4,252 nt of DNA, from the IMG/VR virus record IMGVR_UViG_2713896789_000010; one strand, given 5' to 3'. Made by a program: the position numbers and the translations under genes. The DNA comes from a virus (Duplodnaviria > Heunggongvirae > Uroviricota > Caudoviricetes). Below the pieces are notes generated by a model. That model was not told where the DNA came from. It made no database searches and was given only the letters and a program-made list of their open reading frames with translations. Positions 1-4,252 of the stretch are shown one piece after another (within the stretch, counting starts at the first letter, position 1; each line of letters starts with the position of its first letter).

Positions 1-94
1 CGTTAACGGAGCGCGGCGTTGTCCCCTCATGGTCGCTGGTCCGGTGCGATGGTGGAAGAAACTGGATTTTGTTGCAACTGATAACCATTATCAT

Positions 95-125
95 TTTCGC
101 GGGTCCTTTCCGGCGATCCGGGCCG
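95..125 (+). promoter_or_regulatory. cosQ: cosQ-like region (packaging termination element) immediately upstream of cosN
   Basis: Sequence 88-130 (gataaccattatcattttcgcgggtcctttccggcgatccgggccgttacg) closely resembles the lambda right-end sequence as I recall it (…GGGTCCTTTCCGGTGATCCGACAGGTTACG). Exact cosQ boundaries are not determinable by eye; coordinates are approximate. Confidence 0.45.
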
Positions 126-153
126 TTACGGGGCGGCGACCTCGCGCGTTTTC
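120..153. other. cosN: cosN: terminase nicking site with lambda-type 12-nt cohesive end GGGCGGCGACCT at 131-142 (predicted top-strand nick between 130 and 131)
   Basis: Exact 12-mer GGGCGGCGACCT at 131-142 followed by CGCG…TTTTC.CTATTTATGA, matching the lambda left end (GGGCGGCGACCTCGCGGGTTTTCGCTATTTATGAAAATTTT) with a few substitutions; preceded by …CCGTTACG as at the lambda right end. Lies directly upstream of the terminase genes, as in lambda. Confidence 0.8.
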
Positions 154-154
154 A

Positions 155-330
155 CTATTTATGAGATTTTTTGAGGGGGGTGGTTGTTGTTTAATTGTTT
201 GGTATATCTAATTGATAAGTAAGGTGAAAATAAAATAAATACAACAACCTTACGATGTGTTTTGATGTCGTCAATGCGAAAAATGTCAATGATATCAAAT
301 GGTTTTGCAAAAACACATGGTTGTTGTATC
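155..330. promoter_or_regulatory. cosB: cosB-like terminase small-subunit binding region: three copies of a 9-10 bp element (R3-like 181-190 TGGTTGTTGT, R2-like 241-249 ACAACAACC inverted, R1-like 318-327 TGGTTGTTGT) plus an AT-rich candidate IHF site (about 204-240)
   Basis: Seen in sequence: exact 10-mer TGGTTGTTGT at 181-190 and 318-327, and its 9-mer reverse complement ACAACAACC at 241-249. The +/-/+ orientation and distances from the nick (about 52, 111 and 189 bp) parallel the lambda R3/R2/R1 layout, but the lambda R motif CGTTTCC is absent. Between R3-like and R2-like sits an AT-rich tract with TTGATA (213-218) loosely matching the IHF core. Functional assignment is inference. Confidence 0.45.
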
Positions 331-359
331 GCTTTTTATCGATGACTTATGGAGAGGAG

Positions 360-866
360 ATGGCCTTTTTATTGAATAAAAGTGATATGGCCTCCTCCAT
401 CGGTATCTCTGTTCAGGCATTTGATAAATGGGGCGTTCCTCCTGTTGAACGTCGGGGGAGGGAAGTTTTATATGACGTTAAAACTGTACTGGAGATAGAT
501 CGCGAGCGGCGACAACACAATCAGAGAACACCTGATGACGGGGGAGAACTGGAGGAAAGGCTGCTTCGGGCCAGAGCTGAACTGACAGAAGAACAGGCTG
601 TAGCTCAAAAACTTAAAAATCAGGTAACCGAAGGTAAGCTCATTGATTCAGACTTCTGCGTTTTCGCCCTCAGCAAACTGGCGATGGCATTGTCCAGTAC
701 GCTTGATTCCATTCCGTTATCCATGCAGCGACAGTTCCCGGATTTAACGCCACGTCATATTGACCATCTGAAAACCCTTATTGCAAAGGGCGCAAATCAG
801 TGTGCGCGGGCAGGGGATAAATTACCGGATTTGCTGGATGAATATATCAGAGCAACAACTGAATAA
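360..866 (+). CDS. nu1: Terminase small subunit (lambda gpNu1-like), 168 aa
   Basis: The ORF 255-866 translation is alignable to lambda gpNu1 along its length as I recall it (e.g. …GREVLYD… and …FCVFALSKLAMALSSTLDSIPLSMQRQFPDLTPRHIDHLK… versus lambda …GNEVLYD… and …FCTFVLSRIAGEIASILDGLPLSVQRRFPELENRHVDFLK…). Start placed at ATG 360 (MAFLLNKSDMASSIG…), preceded by purine-rich GGAGAGGAG (351-359); ATG 342 is an in-frame alternative. The ORF-track start at 255 would overlap the R1-like element and is unlikely. Stop TAA at 864-866, overlapping the gpA start by 29 nt. Confidence 0.85.
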   Translation: MAFLLNKSDMASSIGISVQAFDKWGVPPVERRGREVLYDVKTVLEIDRERRQHNQRTPDDGGELEERLLRARAELTEEQAVAQKLKNQVTEGKLIDSDFCVFALSKLAMALSSTLDSIPLSMQRQFPDLTPRHIDHLKTLIAKGANQCARAGDKLPDLLDEYIRATTE

Positions 867-2762
867 TATGATGGCTGCCGTTTCGGTTGCGCTGCAGCCT
901 CTGGTCAGAGTTGTACCGATGACGGCAGTTGAATGGGCTGATCAAAATTATTATTTGCCTAAAGACTCCTCATACGGTGACGGCGAATGGAAAACGCTGC
1001 CATTCCAGATCGCCATCATGAACAGCATGGGGAATGATCAGATCCGCACTGTTAATCTGATTAAATCTGCCCGTGTTGGCTATACAAAGATGTTGCTGGG
1101 GGTGGTCGGGTATTTTATTGAGCATAAATCCCGAAACAGTCTGCTTTTTCAGCCCACGGATTCTGCCGCTGAAGATTTTATGAAGTCTCACGTGGAGGCG
1201 ACGATTCGGGACGTGGCATGCCTGAAAGATCTTTCCCCGTGGCTGGGTCGTAAACATCGTGACAATACTCTCACGCTGAAACGCTTTTCATCGGGGGTGG
1301 GCTTCTGGTGCCTGGGTGGTGCGGCAGCAAAAAACTACCGTGAAAAATCCGTGGACGTGGTCTGCTATGACGAACTTTCCTCGTTCGAGCCGGATGTCGA
1401 AAAAGAGGGCTCGCCAACCCTGCTGGGGGATAAGCGTATTGAGGGGTCGGTGTGGCCAAAATCCATTCGCGGCTCGACGCCTAAAATCAAAGGCTCCTGC
1501 CAGATCGAAAAAGCGGCCAACGAGTCGGCGCATTTCATGCGTTTTTATGTGCCCTGCCCGCACTGTGGGGAGGAGCAGTATCTGAAATTTGGNNNNNNNN
1601 NNNNNNNNNNNNNNNNNNNNNNNNNNNNNNNNNNNNNNNNNNCATGGCTGCGTGATCCATCAGTCTGAGCTTGACCAGAGCAACGGGCGGTGGATCTGTG
1701 AAAATACGGGGATGTGGACCCGTGACGGTCTGACGTTTTTCAGCGCCGCGGATAATGAAATTCCGCCGCCGCGCTCCATCACGTTCCACATCTGGACGGC
1801 GTACAGTCCGTTCACCACCTGGGTACAGATAGTCTATGACTGGCTGGATGCNNNNNNNNNNNNNNNNNNNNNNNNNNNNNNNNNNNNNNNNNNNNNNNNN
1901 NGTGAACACCACGCTGGGCGAGACCTGGGAAGAGGCCGTGGGCGAAAAACTCGATCACCAGGTACTGATGGATAAGGTTGTGCGTTACACGGCGGCGGTG
2001 CCTGCCCGGGTGGTTTATCTGACGGCGGGCATTGACTCGCAGCGAAACCGTTTTGAGATGTATGTCTGGGGATGGGCACCGGGAGAGGAAGCCTTTCTGG
2101 TGGATAAAATCATCATTATGGGGCGTCCCGATGAGGAAGAGACGCTGTTACGTGTGGATGCGGCGATCAACAAAAAATACCGTCATGCAGACGGAACCGA
2201 AATGACCATTTCCCGTGTCTGCTGGGACACCGGGGGGATCGATGGCGAAATCGTTTATCAGCGGTCAAAAAAACACGGTGTTTTCCGGGTGCTGCCGGTA
2301 AAAGGCGCATCTGTCTATGGCAAGCCGGTGATCACCATGCCAAAAACCCGCAATCAGCGGGGCGTGTATCTGTGTGAAGTGGGGACGGACACCGCAAAAG
2401 AAATTCTCTATGCCCGTATGAAAGCCGATCCCACGCCTGCGGATGAAGCCACGTCGTATGCCATCCGTTTTCCTGATGATCCGGAGATTTTTTCGCAGAC
2501 AGAGGCGCAGCAACTGGTGGCGGAGGAGCTGGTGGAGAAGTGGGAAAAAGGAAAGATGCGTCTGTTGTGGGATAACAAAAAGCGGCGTAACGAAGCGCTG
2601 GACTGCCTGGTGTATGCCTACGCGGCATTACGTGTGTCTGTGCAACGCTGGCAGCTTGATCTGGCTGTACTGGCAAAATCCCGGGAAGAAGAGACGACCC
2701 GGCCAACCCTGAAAGAACTGGCAGCGAAGCTGTCCGGAGGAGTGAATGGTTACAGTCGCTGA
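838..2762 (+). CDS. A: Terminase large subunit (lambda gpA-like; ATPase/endonuclease), interrupted by two 50-N runs (1593-1642, 1852-1901); readable segments 838-1592 (frame 1), 1643-1851 (frame 2), 1902-2762 (frame 3)
   Basis: Translation from ATG 838 (MNISEQQLNNMM…TAVEWADQNYYLPK…) closely matches lambda gpA as I recall it. Conserved motifs: Walker A-like KSARVGYT (1063-1086, K76), Walker B-like VDVVCYDE (1351-1374, D178/E179), CPHCGEEQYLKFG before the first gap, FHIWTAYSPFTTWVQIV between gaps, nuclease-region YLTAGIDSQ (Asp codon 2034-2036), CWDTGGID, and KKRRNEALDC near the C-terminus. Stop TGA at 2760-2762. Visible residues (about 607) plus lambda-estimated hidden residues approximate the 641 aa of lambda gpA. 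The ORF-track start at 781 is an upstream in-frame extension into Nu1. Confidence 0.9.
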
Positions 2763-2952
2763 ACTGCAGGCGCTGCGTCAGGCGCGCCTTGATTTATTAA
2801 CCGGTAAACGGGTGGTGTCTGTCCAGAAAGATGGTCGCAGAATTGAATATACGGCGGCTTCTCTGGATGAGCTTAACCGTGCGATCAATGATGCGGAGTC
2901 GGTACTGGGGACAACCCGCCGTCGCCGTCGTCCGCTGGGAGTGAGGTTATGA
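2746..2952 (+). CDS. W: Head completion / head-tail joining protein (lambda gpW-like), 68 aa
   Basis: Translation MVTVAELQALRQARLDLLTGKRVVSVQKDGRRIEYTAASLDELNRAINDAESVLGTTRRRRRPLGVRL is the same length as lambda gpW and alignable to it (lambda …[24 protein letters not shown]…). GGAGG at 2736-2740 sits 5 nt upstream of ATG 2746. Overlaps the gpA 3' end by 17 nt; stop TGA 2950-2952. Confidence 0.9.
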   Translation: MVTVAELQALRQARLDLLTGKRVVSVQKDGRRIEYTAASLDELNRAINDAESVLGTTRRRRRPLGVRL

Positions 2953-4252
2953 AACGAACGCCTGTCCTGATTGATGTGAACGGCGTTCCGCTTCGGGAGA
3001 GTCTCAGCTACCACGGGGGCGGTGCAGGATTTGGCGGGCAAATGGCGGAGTGGTTGCCACCGGCGCAGAGTGCCGATGCGGCCCTGCTGCCCGCGTTGCG
3101 TCTGGGGAATGCCCGTGCAGATGATCTGGTACGCAATAACGGGATAGCGGCTAATGCGGTGGCCCTGCATAAGGATCATATTGTCGGGCATATGTTTCTT
3201 ATCAGCTACCGTCCGAACTGGCGCTGGCTGGGGATGCGGGAGACTGCGGCAAAAAGTTTTGTCGATGAGGTGGAGGCGGCCTGGTCGGAATACGCAGAAG
3301 GGATGTTTGGCGAGATCGACGTGGAAGGGAAACGCACGTTCACGGAATTTATCCGTGAAGGTGTGGGCGTTCATGCCTTTAACGGCGAAATCTTTGTGCA
3401 GCCGGTCTGGGATACGGAAACCACGCAGTTATTCCGCACGCGTTTTAAAGCCGTGAGTCCGAAACGGGTGGACACGCCAGGACACGGTATCGGGAATCGT
3501 TTTCTGCGGGCCGGGGTGGAGGTCGATCGATATGGCCGTGCCGTTGCGTACCATATCTGTGAGGATGATTTTCCTCGCTCCTGGAGTGGACGATGGGAAC
3601 GGATCCCGCGTGAACTTCCCACCGGGCGTCCGGCCATGCTGCATATTTTCGAGCCGGTGGAGGACGGGCAGACCCGTGGGGCCAATCAGTTTTACAGCGT
3701 TATGGAACGGCTGAAGATGCTGGATTCCCTGCAGGCAACACAGCTTCAGTCGGCCATTGTTAAAGCCATGTATGCAGCGACGATTGAAAGTGAACTTGAT
3801 ACCGAAAAGGCCTTTGAATATATCGCGGGGGCACCGCAGGGTCAGCAGGATAATCCGCTTATTAATATTCTGGAGAAGTTCTCCAGCTGGTATGACACGA
3901 ATCATGTGACGCTGGGCGGTGTCAAAATTCCGCACCTTTTCCCCGGGGATGATCTGAAACTGCAGACCGCGCAGGATTCAGACAATGGATTTTCGGCGCT
4001 TGAACAGGCGCTGCTGCGGTATATCGCCGCCGGTCTTGGCGTTTCCTACGAACAGTTGTCCCGTGATTACTCGAAGGTCAGTTATTCAAGTGCCCGCGCC
4101 TCCGCCAATGAGTCGTGGCGCTATTTTATGGGACGACGAAAATTTATTGCAGCCCGGCTGGCCACGCAGATGTTTTCCTGCTGGCTGGAAGAGGCACTTC
4201 TTCGGGGGATTATCCGTCCGCCACGGGCACGTTTTGATTTTTATCAGGCGCG
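2949..4252 (+). CDS. B: Portal protein (lambda gpB-like), 5' portion only; ORF runs off the 3' end of the window (about 434 codons visible)
   Basis: Manual translation from ATG 2949 (overlapping the W stop as ATGA) is open to the window end: MKRTPVLIDVNGVPLRESLSYHGGGAGFGGQ…ARADDLVRNNG…HAFNGEIFVQPVWDT…HIFEPVEDGQTRGANQFYSVMERLKMLDSLQATQLQSAIVKAMYAATIESELDT…LLRYIAAGLGVSYEQLSRDYSKVSYSSARASANESWRYFMGRRKF… These blocks match lambda gpB as I recall it. It is absent from the ORF track because no stop codon falls inside the window. Confidence 0.9.
   Translation, partial: MKRTPVLIDVNGVPLRESLSYHGGGAGFGGQMAEWLPPAQSADAALLPALRLGNARADDLVRNNGIAANAVALHKDHIVGHMFLISYRPNWRWLGMRETAAKSFVDEVEAAWSEYAEGMFGEIDVEGKRTFTEFIREGVGVHAFNGEIFVQPVWDTETTQLFRTRFKAVSPKRVDTPGHGIGNRFLRAGVEVDRYGRAVAYHICEDDFPRSWSGRWERIPRELPTGRPAMLHIFEPVEDGQTRGANQFYSVMERLKMLDSLQATQLQSAIVKAMYAATIESELDTEKAFEYIAGAPQGQQDNPLINILEKFSSWYDTNHVTLGGVKIPHLFPGDDLKLQTAQDSDNGFSALEQALLRYIAAGLGVSYEQLSRDYSKVSYSSARASANESWRYFMGRRKFIAARLATQMFSCWLEEALLRGIIRPPRARFDFYQA

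Noticed and set aside
29-211. 60-aa ORF on + strand spanning cosQ/cosN/cosB
   Set aside because: It lies across the cos site, which is non-coding in lambda-like phages, has no convincing RBS and no resemblance to any protein I recognise; an open frame of this length is expected by chance.
255-359. 5' extension of the Nu1 ORF to ATG 255 (203-aa version)
   Set aside because: The extension runs through the AT-rich cosB region including the R1-like repeat, and its sequence (MCFDVVNAKNVNDIKWFCKN…) has no counterpart in Nu1. ATG 360 has a purine-rich RBS and gives a length like lambda Nu1.
781-837. Upstream in-frame extension of gpA to ATG 781
   Set aside because: The conserved gpA N-terminus (MNIS…) begins at 838; the 781 start adds 19 residues overlapping the Nu1 C-terminus with no homology support.
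1316-1585. Alternate-frame plus-strand ORFs inside gpA/gpB (1316-1585, 2443-2712, 3154-3456, 3532-3714)
   Set aside because: Out-of-frame overlaps within conserved coding sequence; Arg/Trp/Cys-rich translations with no recognisable domains.
1593-1901. N runs as a biological feature (e.g. a repeat or insertion)
   Set aside because: Two runs of identical length (50) that do not preserve frame in a conserved gene are characteristic of assembly or masking placeholders, not biology.
1589-1975. ORF-track entries 1589-1975 (+), 1535-1912 (-) and 1834-2079 (-) containing X runs
   Set aside because: Artefacts of translating across the N runs. The real coding content is the gpA frame on the plus strand; apparent starts and ends within or next to the N runs are not meaningful.
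2778-3374. 198-aa minus-strand ORF antisense to gpW/gpB (also 3429-3935 minus, 168 aa, and 970-1257 minus, 95 aa)
   Set aside because: These lie entirely antisense to strongly supported, conserved plus-strand genes, and their translations are low-complexity and Arg/Pro-rich as expected for antisense frames. They are not real genes.
1-4252. Novel defence or accessory system (CRISPR, toxin-antitoxin, anti-defence cargo) in this window
   Set aside because: Apart from cos, the whole window is accounted for by four canonical lambda-like packaging and head genes in the standard order. There are no repeat-spacer arrays, no unexplained intergenic space beyond cos, and no extra ORFs with support.

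Overview
This window is the DNA-packaging (cos-terminase-portal) module of a lambda-like, cos-type siphophage or prophage, probably enterobacterial. Reading left to right: phage right-end sequence with cosQ (about 95-125), cosN with the lambda-type 12-nt cohesive end GGGCGGCGACCT (131-142), a cosB-like region (about 150-330), then four co-oriented, translationally coupled genes: terminase small subunit Nu1-like (360-866), terminase large subunit gpA-like (838-2762, interrupted by two 50-N runs), head completion protein gpW-like (2746-2952), and the 5' part of the portal gpB-like gene (2949 to window end). All homology calls come from my recollection of lambda sequences and reading the translations; no search was run. 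I do not see a novel defence or accessory system here. The most interesting point is that cosN/cosQ are nearly lambda-identical while cosB carries a different repeated element (GGTTGTTGT in a +/-/+ arrangement) alongside a divergent Nu1 N-terminus, suggesting a distinct packaging specificity. The two N runs break the gpA reading frame in the ORF track and look like fixed-length placeholders rather than real frameshifts.
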